Below are positions 13,341 through 26,860 of a stretch of DNA of 64,000 nucleotides, piece after piece; the first letter of the stretch is position 1, and each line of letters begins with the position of its first letter. Where the stretch lies: contig NC_043012.1 of the NCBI RefSeq assembly GCF_006345805.1, positions 51,956,001 to 52,020,000 of the forward strand, written 5' to 3'. The translations under genes were made by a program, and so were the position numbers. The notes beneath the pieces are model-generated. The model made no database searches and had not been told where the DNA came from. It saw nothing but the letters and a program-made list of their open reading frames with translations. Source of the stretch: Octopus sinensis (taxonomy: Eukaryota).

Positions 13341-13539
13341 TAAAAGTTATTATTGAATGTTGTTTAGTTTCGGCTTTTGTCTTGTACTTGAGATTATCAT
13401 AAATATGTGAGTGTTTAAGGGAATAATAAGAGCAAGATAGACAGTTCGGGGAATAGATTAAATTCCACAGGTCTGTAAATATATTCGGCAGATGGTGAAT
13501 AGATCAACAATGGGCATTCCTGTGCGATAAGGAGACAAA

Positions 13540-13650
13540 AGCGGCCTCACACCCTTAGGGTTAGCAGAGGTCACATGTGTTTATTACTACTAGCGATCAA
13601 TGAGTGCGCTGACCTTTGCCTTGAAAAGAACCAAGTCATCTTGTTCTATT
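13540..13650 (+). repeat. Unclassified repeat, second copy at ~21815-21920
   Basis: cctcacacccttagggttagcagaggtcacatgtgtttattactactagcg vs cgtcacacccttgcggtcagcaaaggtcaaatatctttactactacaagcg. Confidence 0.6.
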
Positions 13651-14278
13651 TTTAATTACTGATAGAAAAAAATTATTATATATATATTGATGTTCACCTC
13701 GTTAAATGTTTGAATTTCTAAATTTTTTGTTCTGAATTTTTCTGTTCTTTTTATAAGTTTTGCTGTGGTTTACAGTTTTTGTAATTGTGCAGTCTATATA
13801 TATTGGCAGGTGCTTACCTCCTTAACGTTTTATCTTTTATCGTGCATTTAATTGTGTAACATATTCGGGTATTCAGAGAAAAAGAAAGATAAAATTCTCA
13901 CACAAATTTGTAGATATCAAACTTTCTAAATTTTTTGAGATATTCGTTTGTATGTCCCATGAGAGACATACGTTTTTTTTTGCCCCCCCCCAAAAAAAAA
14001 GAAAGAAAGAAAATTAAAAAAGGATGTTTACATTTTCGAATGTTCAGGTGAATGGAAAGGAAGAGAAGGAAGGTAACATGTTTACAGAAAATTGTACATG
14101 TTCCAGTCTTTGAGAGTTATTTTTCAGTTGTCCTTCTGGGTTGTATGAGTGTTTCTGTGATTTCAGCTGATGAATGGTCAGAACAGCGAAGAATATGTCC
14201 AGCCGCTGCCAAGGCTGGCACTATTCATTTTACTACTACTACTACTACTATTAATAATAATAATAAGAAGAAGAAGAA

Positions 14279-14319
<41 letters not shown>

Positions 14320-14321
14320 TT

Positions 14322-14750
14322 GCGGTGAGCTGGCAGAATTGTTAGCACGGTGGATGAAATGCTTTGTAGTATTCCGCCCGTCGCTACGTTTTCAGTTCAT
14401 ATTCCATCCTTTTCGGGGTCCATAAATCAAGCACCTGTTGAGTACTGAGGTTGATGTAATTGACTATCCCCTAACCCCCTACCCCCTAATTTCAGGTCTT
14501 GCGCTTATAACAGAAACTATTATTATTATTGATGTTGTTGTTACTGTAGTACTTAACAAGGCTGCACACTAGAAGAATCGTTAGCACGCTGAACACAATG
14601 CTTAGCGGTATTTCGTCTGTTTTGAGTTCTAATGCCGCCAGAGACGACTTTGCCTTTCATCCTTTCGGGGTAGATGAATTAAGTACCAATAAAGCACTGG
14701 GGAAAATGTAATGGATTAATCTCCCTCCCACCGAATTTCAAGCCTTGTGT
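14322..14750 (+). mobile_element. Two adjacent degenerate SINE B copies (14322-14515, 14557-14750)
   Basis: Alignment to the group B consensus seen elsewhere in the window. Confidence 0.8.
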
Positions 14751-14853
14751 AGAAAGGATTATCATTCATTTAGTTCAACATGTATAATTACGTGTTTATT
14801 AATCATTATTCTTTTAATTTTATTCAATTTTATTTTAATTCTTTATTTTATTA

Positions 14854-15292
14854 GGCGTAGGAGTGGCTGTGTGGTAAGTAGCTTGATACCGACCACATGG
14901 TTCCGGTTCAGTACCACTGCGTGGCACCTTGGGTAAGTGTCTTTTACTATAGCCTCGGGCCGACAAAGCCTTGTAAGTGGATTTGGTAGACGGAAACTGA
15001 AAGAAGCCCGTCGTATATATGTGTATTTATGTGTGTGTGTGTGTTTGTGTGCGTGTGTGTGTGTTTGTGTATCTGTGTTTGTGTATCTGTGTTTGTCGCC
15101 CAACATCGCTTGACAACCGATGCTGGTGTGTTTGTGTCCCCGTAATTTAGCGGTTCGGCAAAAGGGACCGATAGAATAAGTATAGGCTTACAAAGAATAA
15201 GTCCTAGGTTCGATTTGCTCGACTAGAGGCGGTGCTCCAGCATGGCCGCACTCAAATGACTGAAACAAGTAAAAGAGTGAAAGAGTAAAAGA
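14854..15292 (+). mobile_element. SINE group A, full length
   Basis: Head ggcgtaggagtggctgtgtggtaagtagc, A box tggctgtgtgg, B box ggttcagtacc, (aagagt)n tail. Confidence 0.92.
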
Positions 15293-15641
15293 TAATTTAA
15301 AAAAGAATGAAGAATGATTTGAAAATTCCCGAGCATCTTGAATATATTCTGTGTGTGACTTTTAGGTCACTCAATATATTGGGATAAATTCTCTAACATA
15401 TAGAGCTGTGGTTTCCACTTGTTTAACGACATTGCCAACACAAACTACTGGAGGGAATATTTACATGGTCATTCGCTTGGCTGGGTGTTGCTGACATATC
15501 GTCTTCAAATCATTGAGTGCAGTAGAGAGGAGAGAATAAAATGTTAGATAATAGAATCCCAGGTAAAATCTTAATGACGCATTGAACATGGGTCAGCTCG
15601 ATGAAGGCTTGTCTGGTGCAAAGTACTAATGGTTTCAAATT

Positions 15642-16198
15642 TTGGCACAAGGCCAGCAACTTCGAGGCTGGACTTAAGTCGATTACATCGACCTAGTTCT
15701 TAGCTGTCACTTATATTATAGACCCCTCAAAAGGATGAAGGGCAAAGTCAACCTCGGCGGGATTTGAACTCAGAAAGTAGCGGCAGGTGAATAAGATATT
15801 CTTTTCTACTCTAGGAACACGGCACGAAATTTTTGGGGAGGGTGCCAGTCGATTAGATCGACCCCAGTATGCAACAGGTACGTAATTTATCGACCCTGAA
15901 ATGATGAAAGGCAAAGTCGACCTCGGCGAAATTTGAACTCAGAACGTAGCGGCAGGCGAAATACCTATTTCTTTACTACCCACAAGGAGCTAAACACAGA
16001 GGAGACAAACAAAGACAGACAGACAGACGGATTAAGTCGATTACATCGATCCCAGTGCGTAACTGGTACTTAATTTATCGACCCCGAAAGGATGAAAGGC
16101 AAAGTCGACCTCGGCGAAATTTGAACTCAGAACGTAGCCGCAGGCGAAACACCACAAAGCATTTCGCCCAAAGTGATAACGATTCTGCCAGCTCGCCA
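15642..16198 (-). mobile_element. Tandem array of SINE B units
   Basis: Three occurrences of aaggatgaaaggcaaagtcgacctcggcgaaatttgaactcagaacgtagc at ~15730, ~15900 and ~16090. Confidence 0.9.
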
Positions 16199-16292
16199 CG
16201 TTGTAGCGTTAATTAATAGAAATAACTACTACGCACTCGTTTATCCTACTTGAAGTGAAATATCAATATCTGTCGCTCTCTCTTTCGTCCAG

Positions 16293-16387
16293 CTTGAGGC
16301 ATGCAGTATTATTAAACACAACGCATATTTAAAGATATTTCGTCATCTTATGCGTTTCTACGTCGTTTCATTATGCACATACATTAG
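16293..16387 (+). CDS. Candidate 95-nt exon LEACSIIKHNAYLKIFRHLMRFYVVSLCTYIR
   Basis: Acceptor ctctctctttcgtccag, donor TAG|gtatgt, only one open frame. Confidence 0.3.
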
Positions 16388-16784
16388 GTATGTCATATTG
16401 ATTATATTTACATTATTTAAGTTACTTCAGATACAAATTCTAATCTTAGATGTGCTATTTAGTTCAAAGTTATTTCTCTGATGTTTATTAAAGTCGCAGC
16501 GGATGTACAGTTGCGGGCCTCGGGGATAGAATTTTGTTCCGTATATGAGAACGCCAGGGACAATCATTAGAAACAATATAAGATAGCTTTCGGTTGAAAA
16601 GATATGAGAGCGAGCTGTGCTTACTCAAATTATATAGCAACGAATGTCTAACACACTGAATGAAACGTAAATTTCAGCATATAACTGAAAATTTAGGTCC
16701 CTCGGTTTCTCATTTAACAAAATATGTGATTTTTGTTCATAACCACTTGAGTATACATAATATTTTTTGACAGTAAAGTGAAGG

Positions 16785-17090
16785 GTCAAGGCTCATGAGA
16801 TAGCGAAATTGATTCCCAGACCGAACTGTGCGTTGTGTTCTTGAGCAAGACTCATTATTTCACGTCGTTCCAATTCACTCACCTGTAGAAATGAGTTGCA
16901 ATGTCACTGGTGCTAAGCTGTCTCGGGCTTTGCCTTTCCCTTTAATAACATCGATGGCGTGGAGAGGGTAGACTGGTATGCATGGGCATCTGATGGTCTT
17001 CTATAAACAAACTTGCCCAGACTGGTGCGTCGAAGGGGAACTTTCTAGGTGCAATCACACGGTCATTCATTAGCGGCGGGGTTCTTTATG
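16785..17090 (+). mobile_element. SINE group C variant, degenerate
   Basis: CORE-like middle and 3' body matching the 9820-10130 copy. Confidence 0.8.
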
Positions 17091-17280
17091 TTTTGCCAAT
17101 GGAAGCGAAGTGACTGGCGGTGATACTTGCAGTAACTCAGGGGTCTCCCATCAATATCGTTATATAAATGCATACACGGCCATGTGGCTATCAACGAATC
17201 TTACTCGGAATAAAATGTTATAAAAGATAAAGTATGGGTGACGTACTGAGCAACTGTTTTTTTTTTTGCCATATTTTCAG

Positions 17281-17374
17281 AATGACTGGATAAGTAAAGA
17301 TCTACGTAGAGCAATTTCTGCTCATACAACAGTTTGGCAGAAATTCATAAAACAACAACAGAAATCATCGTTCA
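17281..17374 (+). CDS. Candidate 94-nt exon NDWISKDLRRAISAHTTVWQKFIKQQQKSSF
   Basis: Acceptor tttttttgccatattttcag, donor TCA|gtatgc; open in phase 0, compatible with 10211-10351. Confidence 0.3.
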
Positions 17375-17949
17375 GTATGCATGTGTGTGTGAGTGTGCAT
17401 GCACGGGTAACTGAATGACTTCATTTGTTTATTGTTAGTAGTATAAAATTGTTCTTTAAATAGAAATTTTATATCCAGTATATAACTGAATGATAATGAG
17501 GCGAGGATTGTCGAACGATATAATCATTGCCAGATACAAATATATTACTGGTACGATGCAGTAAAGAAACCCTGTGAAAATTTGACGCTGCATATCCTCA
17601 GTACAATACTGAAAGTTGAAAGACAAACAAACTAATAATCAACAATAAAACCCTGATTTAGGAATGTTTCTCATCAGGAAAAATCGGATTAGGAACAAGT
17701 TTTAGAATATAAAACGTCTCCTGTGACGATAGTATCTTGAATAACGAACACGCAAGCCGGCTGCAACGGTTGGCGAAAAGTTGGGTGTTTCATGGGAAGA
17801 GCGTTAGTTGCCCTCTAGCTTCTTCTCAGCGCACATCCCTGCTGGAACACGCCGTACTTTCTCTTGAATTTCGTATGCGAAAAATAGATTCGGTTTACGA
17901 ACAATTCGGGTGACGAACGATCTTCAGGAAACTGAGATTCATCTCTATA

Positions 17950-17995
17950 CACATATATATATATATATGTATATATATATGTATATGTATGTATA

Positions 17996-18036
<41 letters not shown>

Positions 18037-18242
18037 ATATATGTATATATATATATATATGTATGTATATATATGTATATGTATATATGTATATGTATAT
18101 ATATGTATATGTATATATATGTATGTATGTATATATATATATATGTATGTATGTATATATGTATGGTATGTATATATATATGTATGTATGTATATATATG
18201 TATATGTATGTATATATGTATATATATATTATATATATGTAT

Positions 18243-18288
<46 letters not shown>

Positions 18289-18315
18289 TCACACACGCAC
18301 ATACATATATATTCA
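17950..18315 (+). repeat. (TA)/(TATG) microsatellite block
   Basis: Direct reading; source of four spurious ORFs. Confidence 0.95.
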
Positions 18316-20343
18316 CATAAATTGCTTTGTTCCTGAAGAAATACGTTCTATTGCTCAAGTAGTAATACGGCTAAAATGATATATGTGACAGAAAATCCAA
18401 TAAGGAACATGTGTAATGTCTGAGAAACATGTAATATAAAATGTATTAATGCTGAACTAAACTGCAGGTGCACTTATAATCTTCTCGAACTGAAGACTTA
18501 TAAGCGAAAAGCTAAATGGAAAACAACGACAAAAAAAATACTTGCTTGTCTCCTCATTAAATTGGACAGAAGGAGAGGGAGGAATAAGAACGAGCGTGTG
18601 AGCTGGATCTATGATAATTGTGAAGGAGCAAAACGTGCTTCGCACTTATTTGCGTAATGTTTCTGATGCGATATGCAGTTATATACATTATTTAAGAAAT
18701 AACAGAAGATTCATCATTGTAATGGGGATCATTGAAAATTTATTGTTTCACTTTTGCTCAGCCAATACAGAGATCAGTATTAATGTTTAATATCCGATGG
18801 ACGCACGAACAAGCGATATTCTCCACTTCTATTCTCAATTTGCCTTCGTTCTTCTTTTCCTACTCCTTCCCTCCCCCCTCATCTTTCTAGTCTTCATCAC
18901 AATCCCATTCTTCTTTATCTTCCGAGCATCAACATAACGACTTAAAGTTTGCCACACCAACTCGTTAAACATGTTAGGATCCGATCACATAAAAACATCT
19001 GATACTTCTAACTTCCTTTCTTATTTCTAATGAAGGATTAAATATAAATGACATGGTATTGTGTGTCGAAATTGCGCGGGAAGTTAGCCTCCATTTAGTT
19101 GATAATGGATTCCATCTAAATTGTTTGTTCTCTGCCGCATTCAGAGTTAAAATGCAGACCGATTTGAATATTATTCCTGACGAATGATAACTGTTCGTCT
19201 ATTGTGCAGTATATTGATGCCTTCTGAGCTTTTACAAAATAATTCTATAACTCTAAATTAAAATATATATATTTATTCTCATATTTCAGAGACACCATTT
19301 GTAAGATAATGGTCTTTAATCGGTTTCACTTTTCTAAGTTCATTACTAGTTATATCAACAACGTCGGCCTATCAAAATCAAAACTGACATTCCACAATGT
19401 ATAATTTCTAAATGTAATAACTGTAAAACATATTCTTCAGTTTCTACACATCAAATGTTCTCCTGGGCATGAAACTACTCGTTTCAATGGTAAGATAGTA
19501 ATTTCTGACATTTATAACTTTCTCAAACATATCGAGGTGTATGCAGTGAACGAAATGATTCTAAGCGAAAATAAAGAGCTCCGCCAACTTGAAAATATTT
19601 CCATGGTGAGCTCCGTTTGTCTGCATAAACAAGATAGTTTTATTATGTCTGTATCACACACTAGATTTTATTTGGACATATTAAAAACATGATAGTACTT
19701 AGTTTCGTTCTCAAAATATCTGAGTTAATATTTTCTCTTTGTAGACATAATAGACGATATAAGAAGTAATAATAAATATTGTATGCTTCAAATACTTTAA
19801 TTGCGCTCAAAGAACATAAATACTGAAGAAGTATGATGTTATAACACCCAAACTATTCTTATTACTGTTCATTATTTACTTTTGCTGGAATATACTCAGT
19901 ATGTAATATCATTTTAGACAGGTATACTTAGAAGTCACTCAGTTATATACAGGAGTTGTATTTGAGAAAACGTTATATGAAGCATCATATCTGTTTCATC
20001 ACACCGCTTCTCTTTAGAGGCATCGATATATGACAACAAGAGAAAAAATATTGTTAACAGTAATTCTACATTAAAATAAGTATCTACAGCCACTTTAGTA
20101 GTGTTTCCTTGCTAACTACTTCTGCATTTAATGAAATAAAGCAAGGAGAGTGAAGGGTCACATTTTATATTCTAATATACTCCATAGTAGTTACATTGTT
20201 GAGAAAAGAACACAATTAGTTAACAACAATACTTCTATATTACAGCAGATACGGATGCTGCCGTGTAAATCTATACACTAAAATTCTTATTCCCGACTGA
20301 TAAGTATTGAACTATAGTAAGTAGTAATGGTATCGTTGTAGTA

Positions 20344-20720
20344 GAACGGCGAGCTGTCAGAATCATTAGCACCCCAGGGAAAGGCTTAGCTGCATTTCTT
20401 CCTTCTTTACGTTCAGAGATCAAATTCCGCCGGAGTCGACTTTGCTTTTCATCCCTTTCGGGGTCGATAAAATAAATATTAGTTGAATACTGAGATTGAA
20501 TTAATCGACTTAGTCCCATCCCCAAATCTGCTGACCTTGTGCCAAAACTTTAAACTAATACCACCTTTCTAGTAGGCGACGAGCTAGCGGAGCGGTTAGC
20601 ACGTTGGACAAGATGCTTAGCGATATTTCGTTCTGAGTTCAAATTCCACCCAAGTCGACTTTGCCTTTCATCCTTTCGGGACAGATAAAATGAATGCCAA
20701 TAAAGTAATGAGGTCGATGA
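20344..20720 (+). mobile_element. Two adjacent SINE B copies (20344-20560, 20574-20720)
   Basis: Heads ggcgagctgtcagaatcattagcac and ggcgacgagctagcggagcggttagcac. Confidence 0.85.
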
Positions 20721-21115
20721 AATTGAGACTTGCCATGTACCAATGTAACCAATGTTATTCTTCTTGTATAAAACAGATTAAATGGAAATTCTTTCTACTA
20801 AAATATGTTTGCAAGCAATAATAAGAGTCTATACAATAAAAAGCTTAAACTTTTGACAATGCCTTACTAAGCGGAGTATTAGGTAAAAAATATATATTGC
20901 TGATGTATTTATGCATCAAAAAAACCTTTGATCGCAATTTATTTTTCGATAAATTTAAGAGTATCAGAGGAATTAAGCTTAATTCGATGAAAAAATATTT
21001 CATGGAGTATTGAGGACGAGGAATTAAAGCAAACTAAAAATTTAATTCGGTTAAAAAATTTTCGTCAAAATTTTTGTGAATAAAACTGAATTGAGGTGAC
21101 ATAGTGATATTTATT

Positions 21116-21157
<42 letters not shown>

Positions 21158-21689
21158 TATTATTATTATTATTATTATTTATGGTTTTCTTTCATTATAA
21201 CTTTAATTCAGCCGCCTTAGTAACCACCATCCCCCGGAAGTAGCATGGGCACTTTTGTTATGCATGCTAAATTTATCACAGCATTTATTCCATTTTAGAT
21301 AGAGAGTGATTTCCGTAGTATATGGGCTACACTCAACAATGTTATCTTTTGTAGTTCAAGGAGACTGAATTTAGCAGGGTATTGCTTACTTTACTTCTCA
21401 GCTCCCTTTAACATTCCTAACGCACCAATTACTGCTGGTTTTATCGTAGTACTAAGCTTCCGCATTTAAGTATGTTGAACGAAACACCCATGTTTCCAGA
21501 GGTGAATTATTCAATCCCCAAAGAATCCCTCTCAACACAGAGCTATGATGCTCCGCCACTGGTCGTGATCAGAGATGCACATAGGGACATAGTCAACTGG
21601 CGAAGGTTAAACAACTGACAAGCAAATCTGTGGTATTGAGCAGAATATTTGCTGTAGCCCATCTTTTATACTAAGATAAAACAATGTAC

Positions 21690-21800
21690 AATATTGTTGT
21701 TATTATTATTATTATTACTATTATTATTATTATTAGTAGTAGTAGTAGTAGTAGCAGCAGCAGCAGTAGCAGCAGCAGCAACAGCAGCAGCAGTAGCAGT
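21690..21800 (+). repeat. (TAT)n-(TAG)n-(CAG)n graded microsatellite
   Basis: Direct reading. Confidence 0.9.
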
Positions 21801-22406
21801 GCGATCAGGAAGCAAAAGAAGCGTCACACCCTTGCGGTCAGCAAAGGTCAAATATCTTTACTACTACAAGCGCCTATGAGAGAAGTGATCTGGGCCTTGG
21901 AAAGGGTCAACTCACCCTATTCTGTTTTAATTGTCTATCTATCCGCTCAGTCGAAGTCGACTGTCGATCACTCGATGGATCAGTGTCCTCCTGTGTGTTC
22001 TATCCTGTGCCGCTTCTTTCAGATTGGCTATGTATATTCCGGTATCACTGTTTTAATTACGAATAGAAAAAATAACAATAACGCGCGCGCATTAACACAC
22101 ACGCACGCACACACACACACACAAACACACATATATATATATAATGATAGAAATGGTAAGACAGCAACAGAATGAAAGAGACCTTGATATTATGTAAATA
22201 GAGGAATTTATCTGTAAATGTAATATCTGACAATTATTCGGTAGCCATGATAAAACTCCGAGTCTCGGATGTCGGGGCGAAAACCCATATTTTATACCAA
22301 GACAAAACAATGTACATGATAACACTTCCAATCGGTTAAGATCAGAAACCATGGAAGCCATTGTCTGGTACTGCATCAGGGCATTTATGATTATTATTAT
22401 TATTAC

Positions 22407-22467
<61 letters not shown>

Positions 22468-23629
22468 TTCATTGTTATTATTATTATCATTAAGTCAACT
22501 AAGTACATAAGTTCTCAAAAAAGAAAAACATGATGCTTGCATTCATCAATCAGCTTTGAGTATCAGTTAAACTACAATCATGAATGGCTAAAGTGTTTTT
22601 TATTCTTTTATTTCTGTCAACAAATTTTCTTATTTTTTAACTTTTAACCACTAGTGTAAGGAATCATTCTCTATTAATGTTTCGGCTGATACCTTTGATG
22701 TGATATTTTCAAATCACTACATTACGTATATGAGACACTACAGGTATGTGTATCTGCTTGGAGTAAATATAACAATGAATCGATTAAGATGTCTACACAC
22801 TCTACAAAGTGAACAACAAAAATGGTAATAACGAACTGTATGCAGTGCTCGGGTTCACCACAGCTCATCAGAAAAAGTAATCAGAAATGCATGAACATTA
22901 CTTAGAATATTCACAGGAAGTGAACAGTGCATACGCCTTAAAATAAATCCATGTGATATATCTAATATCTTTAAATTGAATACTTAATTTGTTTTTGGGA
23001 GAAAATGTTCGGTATAAAACAACTAATGATATGACAAAGCTGGTAAGATTTTATGGAATTCAATGACAATCGTGATAACATACGTTTAAATATACACGCC
23101 GTAACAAAAGAAGAGAAAGGTGTCCAACAAACAAGCAAATATAGCTTGTTCATCGTTTTCTCAGTCACTGAATTAGCCGTGTGTATATATATATATATAT
23201 GTGTGTGTTTCTGAGATTTAGGCTTTTATGTATTTAAGGCTGTTTTTCGAATATATGCGGTTTGCACTATAGTCGTTAAACCGTTTTAACGTCGACTCAT
23301 TGATAAGGTATTTTCAAAGATTTTAATTGATTCTATGAATGTGGGTAAGATAGAGTAATATTGTGTTCTTCAAAATATCTGAGACAAAATAGAAAGTTTC
23401 AGGATAAGTGTCTTGGTAAAGGAAAATAAAACCAGACGGGATTTTATACAGTAAATCACTTTATGAGAAACAAAGAAAGAAAAAAATATATAACAGTTGC
23501 AAAAGTTAGAATTTTTCACAATCGGCACGGTCACATTGAACATAGATTTATAGCTGCAGGGTATTTTACAGTCTTGAAGATATACTCACGCACACAAAAG
23601 CTACATAAATAACTACATACGTACACACA

Positions 23630-24190
<561 letters not shown>

Positions 24191-25231
24191 TGCGTGTGTG
24201 TATTAACATTGATCATCTTCAATGCCAGCGCCATAGACACTACGTCATCTATCATCATCCTTATTACTATCACCGATCATCTACTTCATCTACCTCCTTA
24301 ACATCACCACCACCACCACCATCATCACCATCAACAAAGGAAACACTATACTCGTCGTCGTTATCATGTACTGATATCGTTGATAACGTGGTTTCAGTCA
24401 TTTTCCCTTGTCGCATATTTCTCTAAATTCTTCTCTTTCTCCTTCTTTCTTTCTCCTTCTTTCTTCCTCCTCCTCTTCGCCCTCCTCCTCCTCCTTCTTC
24501 TTTCTTCTTTTCCTTCCTTTGTTATTATTATTGTTGTTGCTGATGCCGTTGTTGTGTTTTGTTGTTGCTGTTTTTATTGTTTTTTTATTTTGTTATACTG
24601 AGTACTTCTTTTTTTATTGTTGTTATTGTTTCCTTTTACAAATAAGCGCTATTAGCATTTTTAATCCTTGCCGCAATCTCGGAATACGTTCAATAGAAAG
24701 TACAAAAAGACATTCCCCAAAGAAAAGGGAGACAACCCACAAGCAGACGGGTCGTCGTTACAGAGGCGATCTTTCAACGGTTGAAAGATAATCACGCATC
24801 GCCCGCTTATTCCATAGGCTTTTGTGTGAAAGCATCAGAAATAATAAGTGTATCTCCAACAGAAATAGATTACAAACGTAGAACGTGATTCTGAGAATGG
24901 CAGAGAAACTATTCCTTTGGTTTGTTTTCTTTTTATATATTTGCGTCTATTTTTATAAATTTTTGTCAGCTTAATGATACACTAGAAGGAAAACTTAGCC
25001 AACTCCCGCAGGAGGAATGCAACTAGCTAAAGTTATGAATGAAGTATATAAGATATTGAGATATCATTGTTCTTTTTTTTTCTTCTCAACTTTCATCTAT
25101 CCAAGCTATTTCCTTTTCGATGGTTTATTTAACTCTAATAGATCTCATTAAGTCAATGTAGCCTTTTATTCCAAGACATATAAGTACATATACCTGTACA
25201 TTTACACACATACACACACACACACCTGTAC

Positions 25232-25291
<60 letters not shown>

Positions 25292-25623
25292 GTGTATGTA
25301 TACATATATATGTGTGTGTGCCTTTGTGTGCGGTGTGTGTGAGTATGTATGCGTGTAAATATATATTTGTACATATATGCATGTATTCGATGGTCATCAT
25401 AACGGTGCCCGTGCACGAAATTTCACTTAGAAATCTATGGTTAACCAAAGAAAAATAATAATGTGATAATAAGTTAACTTTTCCAGGTCCCACTCCCTTT
25501 GCCACGCAATAGCAAGTTAGAGCCTTGACTACATTGATTTCCCTACACCTCAGATTCTTCCATGAAAAGGAAAGGGTAAAAAGAGAAAACTGGGTAGTAG
25601 AAAATATAAAAATTAAGTCTTAG

Positions 25624-25755
25624 ACCTTCTGCAAGCTTGCGAACTTACCCGTCTCAGTGCACTAGAAGTTAGGGAGACGCTGACGACAATCAGTTACGTC
25701 GACAGTTACGATGGATCCAGATTAATTTCCGTCTATTCAGTTAAAGACCTGCAAG
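25624..25755 (+). CDS. Candidate 132-nt phase 1-1 exon DLLQACELTRLSALEVRETLTTISYVDSYDGSRLISVYSVKDLQ
   Basis: Locally GC-richer stop-free stretch between gtcttag and AAG|gtacct; weak acceptor. Confidence 0.25.
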
Positions 25756-26049
25756 GTACCTGTCGCAAAACCACTGCAGATACTTTCTAATACTTTCCTT
25801 GTATGTAGTAAAATTCAGAAATTGTTAAAAAAAAAAAGGTTTTACATGCCTTGCCCGTGCGGGAGAAAGGAAAGTAAATGCGAAAAATTACATACATGTA
25901 TCGCTGACTTCATATGTTCGCAGGGTCATGGAACGCATTGCCACATGGAAGCAAATCACATTCCTGAAAGAAATTAACTTTCTCATAAACCTCAACAGTG
26001 GAGCTATCTGACACAGCTACCAGAGCATTATGATAGGGTAGTGAAACAG

Positions 26050-26860
26050 CAGCTCAACCACTCAAACGTGGATGGGATATATCCCTTGTGGCTAAAAAAG
26101 AAATTGGATGAAATATATCTCTACTTTGCCAACATCTTGGACAACTTTGGTCATGGGATAATATGTCACAAACTGCGTGACCTTCGTATTGCTGGAAAAC
26201 TAGGATAGTGGGTTTTATATAAACAGGAATCAGAGTCTTAGAGTTAACGTTGGGACAACAATTCTCTGCAGAGCTCTTCGAAGAACTGTCCTGGGACCAC
26301 TGCTGTTTGTGGTGATTCTCTCTGAGATATGCCTGCAACCAAAGACTCAGCTTCTTTCACCAGCTATTCTGATGATACAAAAGCATCACTGATGATTAAG
26401 GACTCCGACAACATAAATAATAAACCTCAAAAGGACATGAATGTAATATAGAAGTGGGCTGATGAAAATATCAAGCAGTTCAATGCTAAATGATTTTTAA
26501 ACACCCCACTGAGGGCCAGTAAACTGACCACGACTGGAATACACAGTACCATGGAGTAGTGCAATCCCAGAATTCGAGTGTATCTGTGACCTGTGAATCC
26601 ACCTGCGTAATGACGTAACGTTCCATGTGCATTTTACCAAGATGGCTACACTGTGCAAATGTGTGTCGATATGATTCAATCCTGAAAGAAAAAGAGATCA
26701 TTGTACTTTCATTTTCCGTTGTTTAGATTATTGTTCCCATCAGTGGTCACTGCAGAGCGTCGAAATGAGTGCAGAACTTGAGATACTACACGAAGAAGAT
26801 TGACTCATTGAAATAGATGAGCTACTGAGAGAGGTTAAAATAACTGTCGTACTGCCGAAA
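26050..26860 (+). pseudogene. CR1/L2-type LINE reverse transcriptase remnant
   Basis: Fragments LDEIYLYFA..GIICHKLRDLRIAGKLG, VLGPLLFVV, SYSDDTK, KWADEN..FN and LDYCS..WS with many stops and frameshifts. Confidence 0.85.

Noticed and set aside
14160-14205. ctgatga...gaagaatatgtc hammerhead-like string
   Set aside because: GAAG instead of GAAA, with no convincing stem I or II; at most a decayed relic.
15642-16198. Regularly repeated units here and at 46643-47452 that might be taken for a CRISPR array
   Set aside because: Units are ~180-bp SINE bodies with no unique spacers; the DNA is eukaryotic and has no cas genes.
18500-18820. Possible Harbinger transposase relic (LDRRRGRNKNERVSWI.., YLRNNRRF..)
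   Set aside because: Resemblance is too weak by eye, with no DDE region or TIRs; needs an HMM search.
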